DNA of 64,000 bases from NCBI GenBank assembly GCA_902385225.1, contig CABMEU010000004.1, forward strand, positions 20,662 to 84,661. The letters run 5' to 3'. How positions within the stretch are numbered: the stretch's first letter is position 1; every line of letters begins with the position of its first letter. This DNA comes from an uncultured archaeon (lineage in GTDB: Archaea; Iainarchaeota; Iainarchaeia; Iainarchaeales; JAAZKV01). Of this stretch, positions 17,009 through 24,505 are shown in pieces. The position numbers and the translations under genes are program-made. The notes beneath the pieces were generated by a model, which made no database searches, was not told the DNA's origin, and was given only the letters and a program-made list of their open reading frames with translations.

Positions 17009-17788
17009 ATGAAACAGGGCTTCATGAATCATGTTCTTACTCTAATTAAGGCGAGCGACATTGTGATAGAAATACTTGATGCGCGCCACCCTGAAAAGAC
17101 AAGAAACATACAGCTTGAAAAAATGACTACTGAGAGAGGAAAAAAACTTGTGCTTGTTATTAACAAAGCTGATTTAATTGAGGATAAGAAAGAAATGGAA
17201 AAGAAAAAAGCCGAAATCGCGGCAGAGAGCGGGGCAAAAACAATTTTCATTTCCGCGCTCAAACGAGACGGAATTAATATGATTAGAAAAGAAATCGGAA
17301 TGGAATCAAGCGGAAAAGATTTTTTCACAATCGGGATAATCGGATATCCAAATGTCGGAAAAAGCACATTAATTAATGCGCTCGCAGGAAAGGGACGAGG
17401 AAGAGTTGCTACTTCAAGAAAAGCCGGGCTCACTCGCGGACTGCAGAATATTAAGATAAGCGAAGGACTTTATTTAATTGATTCCCCCGGAATTATTCCA
17501 TTCAAAGAAGAGGAATTTAATTTATTTTTAATGGAATCAAAGAACCCAAACCAGCTCAAGGACCCTGAAACAGCGGCAGTGAGATTAATCCAAGTACTTG
17601 GAAAAGAAAAAATCGCAAAATTCTTTTCACTAGAACTCACTAAAGAGAAAATTGAGGAAATGGATGAGGAAGAAATACTTGAGGCAGTGGCACTTAAAAG
17701 AAATATGGTAATAAAGGGCGGCTTAGCTGATGTATCAAAAGCCGGAAGAGATATACTTGAGAGATACCAAAAGCATGAACTAAAATAG
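17009..17788 (+). CDS. Circularly permuted GTPase (YlqF/RbgA-YawG family; ribosome-biogenesis type)
   Basis: G4 (LVLVINKADL) precedes G1 (GIIGYPNVGKSTLINAL) and G3 (LIDSPG), which is the permuted order. Confidence 0.85.
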   Translation: MKQGFMNHVLTLIKASDIVIEILDARHPEKTRNIQLEKMTTERGKKLVLVINKADLIEDKKEMEKKKAEIAAESGAKTIFISALKRDGINMIRKEIGMESSGKDFFTIGIIGYPNVGKSTLINALAGKGRGRVATSRKAGLTRGLQNIKISEGLYLIDSPGIIPFKEEEFNLFLMESKNPNQLKDPETAAVRLIQVLGKEKIAKFFSLELTKEKIEEMDEEEILEAVALKRNMVIKGGLADVSKAGRDILERYQKHELK

Positions 17789-17835
17789 CCAAAAAAAACA
17801 CTTAAAATTAAATAAACAAGCAATGTATATTATTT

Positions 17836-18603
17836 ATGTGGTACAACCCGCCGACAAGATACAAAAAAGCCGAACGAAGAAAAACACAATACTTAGGTTC
17901 GGGAGCATACTTTAAAGTGAAAAGGGTTCTGCCGGGCAAAGGGGACCTAAGAAAAAGAGTGACACTCTCAGGAAAAGTTGTCAAAGTATTAAAAAATACT
18001 GTCACTGGAAAAGAAGCCGCGCACATAAGAAGAATAATGACCGCATATTCTGCGGAACTAAAAAAAGCAGGGATTCCCGCAATCGAACTGCGAATGGTTG
18101 TTACAATCACTAAAAAACCGGGAAAACTTAGAATAACATTTGTTCAGCCGTTTGTCGCTGAAGAAAGTATGCTTCACAATTATCTCAAAACATGCCCCGC
18201 AAAAGAGGCGGTAAGCATATTCGAGAAAATGCTCTCAACGGCAGATAGAATGCATAAATGGAGCGAAAATAATCCGGGAAATATTGGGCTTGATATGTGA
18301 ACAACAAATTATGCGATAGTAAACGGGCGCCCAACACTGATGGGCCTCTACCCGCCAATTATAATTCAACACAAGGAAAGCGTTAAAGTGGAGGACCTTA
18401 TCAAAATGAGAAGAGACCCGAGAAAACTACTGATGGGACTGTTTTTTCCAAAAAAATATAAGCAATTAACCAGACAGGGAATAAAGGACAGGATGAACCC
18501 AAAGCACCAAAAAAATCATTTAATTGAAGATTTCACAATCGCAAGACCGGAACTTGCGGAAGAATTTAGAAAAGCACTTAACGAAAATTTTAAAGCTGCT
18601 TAA
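17836..18603 (+). pseudogene. Protein-kinase-like (RIO/Bud32-like fold) gene interrupted by one in-frame TGA at 18298..18300
   Basis: ORFs 17836..18300 and 18340..18603 are in the same frame, and the 39 nt between them contain no other stop. The joined product has a Gly loop LGSGAYFKV, a VAIK-like VVKVLK and a catalytic-loop-like GLDM*TTNYAIVNGRPTLMGLYPP (D-x4-N with the stop at +2). The DFG aspartate position reads G. Confidence 0.5.
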
Positions 18604-18781
18604 GCAAATCAATCATCTGCTTCAGCTGAACTCTTCTTTTCATGGATTTTTCCTTATCCAAGCGGGTCTTTAGTTCCGCAATAATGTCATCATTCGCCAG
18701 GCGCATAAACTAATTCTCTGAAAAAAGGATTAAAAAGCCAGCGAACTCGAGTTTAAATCTGTTTATTACAACTAACTCTTA

Positions 18782-19213
18782 ATGATTTCACTCCAAAAGC
18801 CAGCTGATTTCAACCCGGTCTTTGAAGTGGTATCTTGTTTTGTTGAGAAAAAAGGAAAAATTATTCTGCTGCATAGACAGGACCATGCGCGCGAAGGAAA
18901 TACTTGGGGGGTGCCGGCCGGAAAACTCAAGGATAAAGAAACTTTAACCGAAGGGGTATTAAGAGAAATAAAAGAAGAAACTGGAATCACACTTAAGGAA
19001 CCTAATTTAAAGTATTTCAAAAAAATTTATGTAAAATACCCAAATTATGACTTTGTTTACCATATTTTTCAAACAAAAATCAAGGGAAAAGAAGAAATTA
19101 AACTAAATCCCGAGGAACACAAGAACTACAAGTGGATTACCCCAAAAAATGCGCTCAAAATGAATTTAATAGAAGATGAAGATGCGTGCATAAAATTGTT
19201 TTACAAAATCTAA
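18782..19213 (+). CDS. Nudix hydrolase
   Basis: Nudix box GVPAGKLKDKETLTEGVLREIKEETGI. Confidence 0.85.
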   Translation: MISLQKPADFNPVFEVVSCFVEKKGKIILLHRQDHAREGNTWGVPAGKLKDKETLTEGVLREIKEETGITLKEPNLKYFKKIYVKYPNYDFVYHIFQTKIKGKEEIKLNPEEHKNYKWITPKNALKMNLIEDEDACIKLFYKI

Positions 19214-19233
19214 TCAGGACAAAACAAAACTAT

Positions 19234-19635
19234 TTATATTTGAGTAAGGGCTTCAAGTGAAATTGAAAATTTTCTCGCTTCCTCAAGCGAAACCATAAAA
19301 TTTTTTCCGGCATTATGAAAGTGCTCCGCTTTAATGAAGAGCCACCCTTCTCTTGGAATCTTCCACCCCACAAAGAATTCTGCCCCCGCAATTTTTGCCC
19401 AATTCACTTCGTCATTAAAAGTTTGAATTGGAATCGCCAAATAATTTCCCTTCCATGCTTTACACTCAAATGCTAAAATTCGGCCGTTCTTTAATGCAAC
19501 AACATCCGGGCTTGGCAGTGGAGAAACTCCTGAACCAGCAACACGAAGCACGGCAAACCCCATATCCGAAAGAGTATGAATTAATTCCCTCTCGGCATTT
19601 GCGCCTTTATTGTAATGAGCCATAAAAAAAATCAC
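19234..19635 (-). CDS. hjc: Holliday-junction resolvase Hjc
   Basis: KGANAERELIHTLSDMGFAVLRVAGSG...PDVVALKNGRILAFECKA shows the archaeal Hjc E...D...E.K nuclease motif arrangement. Confidence 0.85.
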   Translation of the reverse strand: MIFFMAHYNKGANAERELIHTLSDMGFAVLRVAGSGVSPLPSPDVVALKNGRILAFECKAWKGNYLAIPIQTFNDEVNWAKIAGAEFFVGWKIPREGWLFIKAEHFHNAGKNFMVSLEEARKFSISLEALTQI

Positions 19636-19653
19636 AAAATGAATTACTAAAAA

Positions 19654-20250
19654 TTATTCTGGAAACAACCTGCCAAATTTATCCATCAAAGTCAAATCTG
19701 AATTCTTTTCGCGCGCTTCTTTAATCGCCTTGGCATTATGCTCAAGCAATTCTCTAATAAAAATCTTCCTTTTTTGCTTATCTGGAAACTCTCGCAAAAT
19801 GTTAACCATTATTCTTAGCGCAGCAAGGTGCAATGGGTTTGCAGGGGGCTCGGTAAGCAGCCGACGCTCTTGATGAATAAGATACTTGTGGTGAATCCTC
19901 TGGTCGGTGGACTCTTTAATCTCATGCTCTGCATTAGCCACCATGGCAATTGCCTCCCCCGGAATATCTGCGGCCATAGAAACCTTTCCAAGCAAATATG
20001 AGTCCCCGGCTACATGAAAAAATTCATGCCTCAATATTTTCCGCACTTTTTGCATAGAGGTTTTCCCGTCTTGAAGCAATTGCCTGTCAATAGTAATTTT
20101 GCTTTTTGGGTAACCGCCCCTCTTTCGTGTTCTTGAAGCATTTTTTGCCCCAATATTTACTTGAGAATGCACAGGAAAACCAAAATAATTAGAAGTTTCT
20201 CTGCCAATTCGCTTAGCCGTCCGCCTAATCGCTTTTGGAGTTGAAGCCAT
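19654..20250 (-). CDS. Hypothetical protein with an HExxH zinc-metallopeptidase-like motif and a basic N-terminus
   Basis: ILRHEFFHVAGD is the only recognisable motif. The N-terminus is Arg/Lys-rich (AIRRTAKRIGRE, SRTRKRGGYPKSK). Confidence 0.45.
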   Translation of the reverse strand: MASTPKAIRRTAKRIGRETSNYFGFPVHSQVNIGAKNASRTRKRGGYPKSKITIDRQLLQDGKTSMQKVRKILRHEFFHVAGDSYLLGKVSMAADIPGEAIAMVANAEHEIKESTDQRIHHKYLIHQERRLLTEPPANPLHLAALRIMVNILREFPDKQKRKIFIRELLEHNAKAIKEAREKNSDLTLMDKFGRLFPE

Positions 20251-20303
20251 AAATATACTAACTGCGTTTTACTAATATAAAAGTAGCCATTGAACAATAC
20301 TAG

Positions 20304-20549
20304 TCAAACGTAAAGCCCTTTTGGGGAAAGATTATCTTTTCGTTTAAGATCAATCCTTGCTTCTTTATCCAAGTCACGCTTCTTGGCATTTGATTCCCCT
20401 GAAGAAGGCGAATTATGCGCGTTTTTCTCGTTTAGGAGCCTGCGCCTCTCTTTAGATGCCCTAGCCAATTCCTGCTTGGATGGAGCCACAAAACCCTCAT
20501 TTTGTTTGCCCTCACTAAAAGGATTCTTTTTCTCCAAAAAAACCACCAA
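20304..20549 (-). CDS. Hypothetical basic protein (about 80 aa)
   Basis: The ORF has only TTG/GTG start options and GGTGG just upstream. No motif. Confidence 0.3.
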   Translation of the reverse strand: MVVFLEKKNPFSEGKQNEGFVAPSKQELARASKERRRLLNEKNAHNSPSSGESNAKKRDLDKEARIDLKRKDNLSPKGLYV

Positions 20550-20567
20550 ATTAGCCCTGTTTTTGGA

Positions 20568-20738
20568 TTACTTTCTTCTTTTACCAAACTGGCTGATTAC
20601 ATTATGCTCGCTCGCCTTATCCTGGGTTAAACCCACTTTTAGGTTATAGAACCACTTCTTTATCCTCTTCCCTATTGGCAAAGTGGAGCCATCCCCCGGC
20701 GTTTTGAGACTATCTGCCATAAACTTACTCATCTGCAT
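20568..20738 (-). CDS. Hypothetical small protein (56 aa)
   Basis: My own translation reads MQMSKFMADSLKTPGDGSTLPIGKRIKKWFYNLKVGLTQDKASEHNVISQFGKRRK*. It is below the ORF-track length cutoff and fills the gap upstream of 20549. Confidence 0.3.
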   Translation of the reverse strand: MQMSKFMADSLKTPGDGSTLPIGKRIKKWFYNLKVGLTQDKASEHNVISQFGKRRK

Positions 20739-20825
20739 CACAAGCTTTCTTAAGGGGGAATAAGTTTAAATGCCCTTGCAGCAGGGGATTCTTTGTAAAG
20801 GAACCCTAAAAATTGGGGAATTTTG

Positions 20826-20866
20826 AGCACAAAAATGTGCTTTATGGATACTGATTAAATCAGTAT
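20826..20866. promoter_or_regulatory. Two adjacent inverted repeats in a divergent intergenic region: AGCACA-aaaa-TGTGCT and ATACTGAT-taa-ATCAGTAT
   Basis: Read directly from the sequence at 20826..20841 and 20848..20866. They lie between the minus-strand start at 20738 and the plus-strand start at 20879/20885. Confidence 0.4.
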
Positions 20867-20878
20867 TATGAATGGTTT

Positions 20879-21145
20879 GTGTTAATGGAAGCAATAATGA
20901 ACGCTCTTATCCGGACTGGAAAGAAAAAATTCGGTTTGTCTTTTGACAGCGAAAATGAATTATTAATCATTGAAATAACCGAGAATCCAGAGAAAGGAAA
21001 AGCGAACAAAGAAATCATCAAGGAATTAAAAAAATTTTTTAAATCAGAGATTGAACTTGTTTCCGGACTTAAAAGCAAGAAAAAAAGAATAAAAATAAGT
21101 TTACCAAAACAAGAAGTTTTGAACTTGCTAAATAACACAAACTAA
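20879..21145 (+). CDS. DUF167 (YggU-like) family protein
   Basis: LLIIEITENPEKGKANKEIIKELKKFFKSEIELVSGLKSKKKRIKI matches the DUF167 core (V.V.A.P..GkAN..l...L......v.i..G..sr.K.i.i). An ATG at 20885 is an alternative start. Confidence 0.7.
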   Translation: MLMEAIMNALIRTGKKKFGLSFDSENELLIIEITENPEKGKANKEIIKELKKFFKSEIELVSGLKSKKKRIKISLPKQEVLNLLNNTN

Positions 21146-21224
21146 TTCTACAAAAAATCCTTCAAGGGTTCTTTCATATAAATTATATGAATAAATTACA
21201 AAATTAAAAAAAGGTGAAAATTAA

Positions 21225-22619
21225 ATGGCTAAAACATATTTAAGCACAGTAAAATACGAAGTGCTCGCAAACTACGAAGTACAGGGGGTAGTTGAAAAAC
21301 CTGATATCGTTGGGGCAATTTTCGGTCAATGCGAAGGACTCCTTGGGGAAGACATGGATCTGAAGGAACTCCAGCAGAGCGGAAAAATCGGGCGAATCGA
21401 AATTACTGTAAAGAAAGGAAAAGGAACTACATTTGGGGAAATAATTATTCCTAGTTCACTTGACATGGTAAAAACAAGCATACTTGCCGCAACTATTGAA
21501 ACAGTTGAGAAAGTAGGCCCGTTTGACACTAAAGTTAAGGTAATGAAAATACAGGACACAAGAAAAGAAAAGAGAGAAACTATTACTGATAGAGCAAAGG
21601 AACTCCTAAAACGCATGCAAAAGTTTGAGGGCGTTGAAAGCGGAGAACTTGCCGACACAATAAAAACTGAAATCAAAACTGAAAAAGTAATTAACTTCAG
21701 AGGACTAACAGCGGGACCCGAAGTTGAAACAAATCCTGAGATAATCGTTGTTGAAGGAAGAGCGGATGTTTTGAAGCTATTGAGCTACGGAATAAATAAT
21801 GCAGTAGCGATGAACGGCGGAAACATTGACACTCCTTTAATCGGATTATGCAAAGAGAAAACCGTGACTGTGCTCATAGATGGGGACAGAGGCGGAGAAC
21901 TCAATGTAAAGAAACTTGCAGCGCTGACAAAAGTTGATTTTGTTGCAAAAGCTCCAGACGGAAAAGAAGTTGAAGAGCTAGTGCAAAAAGAAATACTTCA
22001 AGCGCTAAAACGAAGAGTTCCAATGAGCGAAGCATTCAAAGAAGGAATAACTAACTTTGAATCACAAACTCAAAGAACATTCGAACCAAGAAGCTTTGAG
22101 GGGCGACCCTTTGCTCCAAGAGGATTTGATTCAAGACCACCAAGAAGGGAATTTGACTCAAGAGGACCTCCACGCAGAGACTTTAACGCTAGACCAAGCT
22201 TTGGCGGGGATAGGAGAGGAAGATTTGGAGACAGACCAAGATTTGAATCACGCGGAGGATTTAGAGACAGAGGATTTAATCCATCATTCTCAAATGACCG
22301 CCCATACACGCCGGCATTCACTCCAAGAGAAGAACCTGTTCCACAAGAAGTTCTTGACATGAAAAAAGACTTTGACAAGCTCAAAGGAAAATCAAAAGCA
22401 AGAATACTTGATGAAAAGGGAAAGAAAATTAAGGAAGTTGAGGTAAAGGATCTCCTTGAAACAATACAAAAAACCAAAAAGAAAATTGGGACAGTAATGT
22501 TTGATGGAATCATAACCAACAGACTCGTAGAAGCGGCAGAAGCCAAAGACGTCAAAGTAATCGTTGGCGTAAAAAAAGGCGCAATAAATCCGCAAAAAGC
22601 GAAAGCATACACAATGTAA
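21225..22619 (+). CDS. dnaG: Archaeal DnaG (Toprim-domain primase-like / exosome-associated protein) with an internal RG-rich low-complexity insert
   Basis: The N-terminus KYEVLANYEVQGVVEKPDIVGAIFGQCEGLLGEDMDLKELQQSGKIGRIEI is typical of archaeal DnaG. The Toprim motifs are IIVVEGRADV and LIDGDRGGE. GGTGA RBS upstream. Confidence 0.9.
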   Translation: MAKTYLSTVKYEVLANYEVQGVVEKPDIVGAIFGQCEGLLGEDMDLKELQQSGKIGRIEITVKKGKGTTFGEIIIPSSLDMVKTSILAATIETVEKVGPFDTKVKVMKIQDTRKEKRETITDRAKELLKRMQKFEGVESGELADTIKTEIKTEKVINFRGLTAGPEVETNPEIIVVEGRADVLKLLSYGINNAVAMNGGNIDTPLIGLCKEKTVTVLIDGDRGGELNVKKLAALTKVDFVAKAPDGKEVEELVQKEILQALKRRVPMSEAFKEGITNFESQTQRTFEPRSFEGRPFAPRGFDSRPPRREFDSRGPPRRDFNARPSFGGDRRGRFGDRPRFESRGGFRDRGFNPSFSNDRPYTPAFTPREEPVPQEVLDMKKDFDKLKGKSKARILDEKGKKIKEVEVKDLLETIQKTKKKIGTVMFDGIITNRLVEAAEAKDVKVIVGVKKGAINPQKAKAYTM

Positions 22620-22632
22620 AAACTATTTATTT

Positions 22633-22660
22633 GGAAAAGGCGGCAAAAGCTGCTTTTTCC
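22633..22660. terminator. Hairpin between convergent dnaG and the GT2 gene (12-bp stem including two G-U pairs, AAAA loop) with flanking T-runs
   Basis: GGAAAAGGCGGC-AAAA-GCTGCTTTTTCC read directly, followed by TAAAATTTTT. Confidence 0.45.
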
Positions 22661-22692
22661 TAAAATTTTTCTTGAAAATAATCTGAATCAAA

Positions 22693-23618
22693 TTACTTTG
22701 GTCCTGTGTGTCTTGTTCGCCTTAACATTTTAGTGCTTTTTATTTTAGGCCAAACCTCAGAAACTTTTCTTCTTGCAGCAATTTGCGCAGCGGGTTCAAC
22801 CATTTGATTAAGAAGCAAACCAACTTTGCCTTTTGCGCTTAATTTTCTAAAGAAAGCAATTCTTCTTGGATTTATTTTGGTTGATTGGGATTTTGCTTCT
22901 TTAATCAGTTCTGGAAATTGTTCTCTAATTGCTTGTGCGTCCCTAATGTGGCGCTTTCTCTGCCGGTAATGATCAGCTAAAGTAGGCTGCTTAAACACAA
23001 CAACCGCGTCGTACAAAACCTTTATTCTTCCAGCGTGTGCAATGTTGATGAATCTATCATCAGAAATCCTTGGGTTCTCAGGAAGCGGATGCGATTTTAG
23101 AAAACTCTTTCTTGCCGCAAAACCTGTTCCATTTAATCGAACTAATTTATTCTTGCGGGCAAGTTCAAGCGCTTCCTTGAATAAGGACGCGGTAAATCCG
23201 CGTTTACTGCGCGGAACAAAAGAAGCTGAGGACACAACAACTGGGGACGCAAAATCAATTTGGGTGTTGCATCTAACGGCAGCAACGGTTTTCCTATCGT
23301 GTTTCTTTTTACCAAAACATCGGCGTCGGAGAAATAAATTACATCCGTTTTTGGGGATGAATGAGAAACAATTGTGTTAATTGCTCGGTTCTTTCCCTGC
23401 TGATAAGATTCAATTAAACTAATTTCAGGATGCGCTCTTGAGAGTGATGCAACTATCTGAGCGGTATTGTCAGAAGAATTGTTTACACAAACAATAATCT
23501 GTCTTTCTTTCGGAGAGGCGGTCTTCCAAGCATCCGAAGCCATTACATTCCTAATTGCTCTTTCAATTGACTCTTCCTCGTTTCTTGCCGGAATTCCAAT
23601 GCAAAGAAAATTACCCAT
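22693..23618 (-). pseudogene. Family-2 glycosyltransferase split by a -1 frameshift (two ORFs overlapping by 94 nt)
   Basis: ORF 23142..23618 carries the GT-A N-half (IPARNEEESI, CVNNSSDNT, YFSDADVL) and then degenerates after ...KRNTIGK. ORF 22693..23235 in another frame carries the C-half (GTGFAARKSF, ISDDRFI, RQRKRH). In the second frame the sequence already reads plausibly from ...QIDFASPVVV, placing the shift near 23240..23290. Confidence 0.6.
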
Positions 23619-23701
23619 ACTAATGTTAGTCAGGGCAAAAATTTAAAGTTATCCAAACTACAAGAAGTGAACGCAATATATAAAAGTTAAAAAAATTAGT
23701 A

Positions 23702-23726
23702 AAGTGAAGAGGCTTACTCTTCACTT
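23702..23726 (-). terminator. 10-bp perfect hairpin followed by a T7 run on the minus strand, downstream of the 23738..24199 gene
   Basis: AAGTGAAGAG-gctta-CTCTTCACTT read directly. The minus strand continues ...ACTAATTTTTTT. Confidence 0.55.
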
Positions 23727-23737
23727 CCGTTTAAAAT

Positions 23738-24199
23738 TTATCTTCTCTTAAATGGCCTTGAAGGCATTTCTATTTCCTCTATTGGGATAACCACTGATTT
23801 GTTGAACAACAATGATAACGCAATCAGGAAGAGTACTGCCCAGAAGAAGAACCAAGCTATTGGCTCAACTAGAGCGGTTACTGCCTGCCTTGAGGTCATT
23901 GATACTTGCGATGCAGGTATCTGCGCGCCGGTTAATTCATACAATGAGCTTTTGCAGTCATTATACTTCATCTGCGCGAGTAGTTGCTCAGCACTGCCCA
24001 AATTAGTCAAGTCCTTGATTCCTGAGAACTCAGCGCACTTATCAAAATCGCGCACTGACTGCCAGGAGTCAAACATTACTGCTGCTGACTTTATGAGCAT
24101 CAAAACAGCGATAATTCCAAGGAAAATACCTAATACGCTCGTCCACTGGAAGTCCTTGCTCCCGAAACGAAACAAAATTGTTTTCCTCAAAAACATCAC
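23738..24199 (-). CDS. Hypothetical membrane protein (two predicted TM segments)
   Basis: Hydrophobic stretches are VLGIFLGIIAVLMLI and IAWFFFWAVLFLIALSLLF. No other motif. Confidence 0.5.
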   Translation of the reverse strand: MMFLRKTILFRFGSKDFQWTSVLGIFLGIIAVLMLIKSAAVMFDSWQSVRDFDKCAEFSGIKDLTNLGSAEQLLAQMKYNDCKSSLYELTGAQIPASQVSMTSRQAVTALVEPIAWFFFWAVLFLIALSLLFNKSVVIPIEEIEMPSRPFKRR

Positions 24200-24341
24200 C
24201 TAAAACATAAACAAAAACCTTCTATATAAACCCTCTCCCTGCGCCTAAAAGTCCAAAAAAAGGAAAAGTCAAGGTTTAAAAAAACACCGACCGACCTTTA
24301 CTTTATAGAGCCGCAGAGCGGCAAAACAAAAAAAATCAAGT

Positions 24342-24414
24342 GGGCTCGTAGCCTAGCGGTTATGGCATCACCCTTACAAGGTGGGGGTCGTCGGTTCGAA
24401 TCCGACCGGGCCCA
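24342..24414 (+). tRNA. tRNA-Val (anticodon UAC)
   Basis: Hand-folded cloverleaf: acceptor GGGCTCG/CGGGCCC (one G-U), anticodon stem TCACC/GGTGG with loop CTTACAA, T arm GTCGG-TTCGAAT-CCGAC, discriminator A. No encoded CCA. Confidence 0.9.
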
Positions 24415-24505
24415 CTATTATTATTACTAAAGTTTGCTCTGTTTCTTAAAAATCAAATTAACACCCCACTAAACTATTTTTATATGAGAAAAGCATTCAT
24501 ATTGC

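Noticed and set aside
18298-18300. Genome-wide TGA reassignment or selenocysteine as the explanation for the in-frame TGA
   Set aside because: TGA terminates well-defined genes in this window (for example rad50 at 2874..2876). I saw no obvious SECIS-like hairpin, and the position is not one where Cys/Sec is expected. A nonsense mutation, a sequencing error or site-specific read-through remain the live options.
18622-18693. A C/D-box sRNA-like pattern on the minus strand (ATGATGA ... CTAA ... ATGAAAA ... CTGA) between the kinase-like gene and the Nudix gene
   Set aside because: The D' and C' boxes are degenerate, the internal spacer (26 nt) is long for archaeal sRNAs, and I could not find a terminal stem. 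The same stretch can also be read as a 38-codon ORF. The evidence is insufficient.
21173-21191. A 9+1+9 palindrome TTCATATAA-A-TTATATGAA upstream of dnaG
   Set aside because: It is made entirely of A/T and coincides with the expected TATA-box position (about 34-50 nt upstream of the ATG). It is most simply the promoter itself rather than a separate operator.
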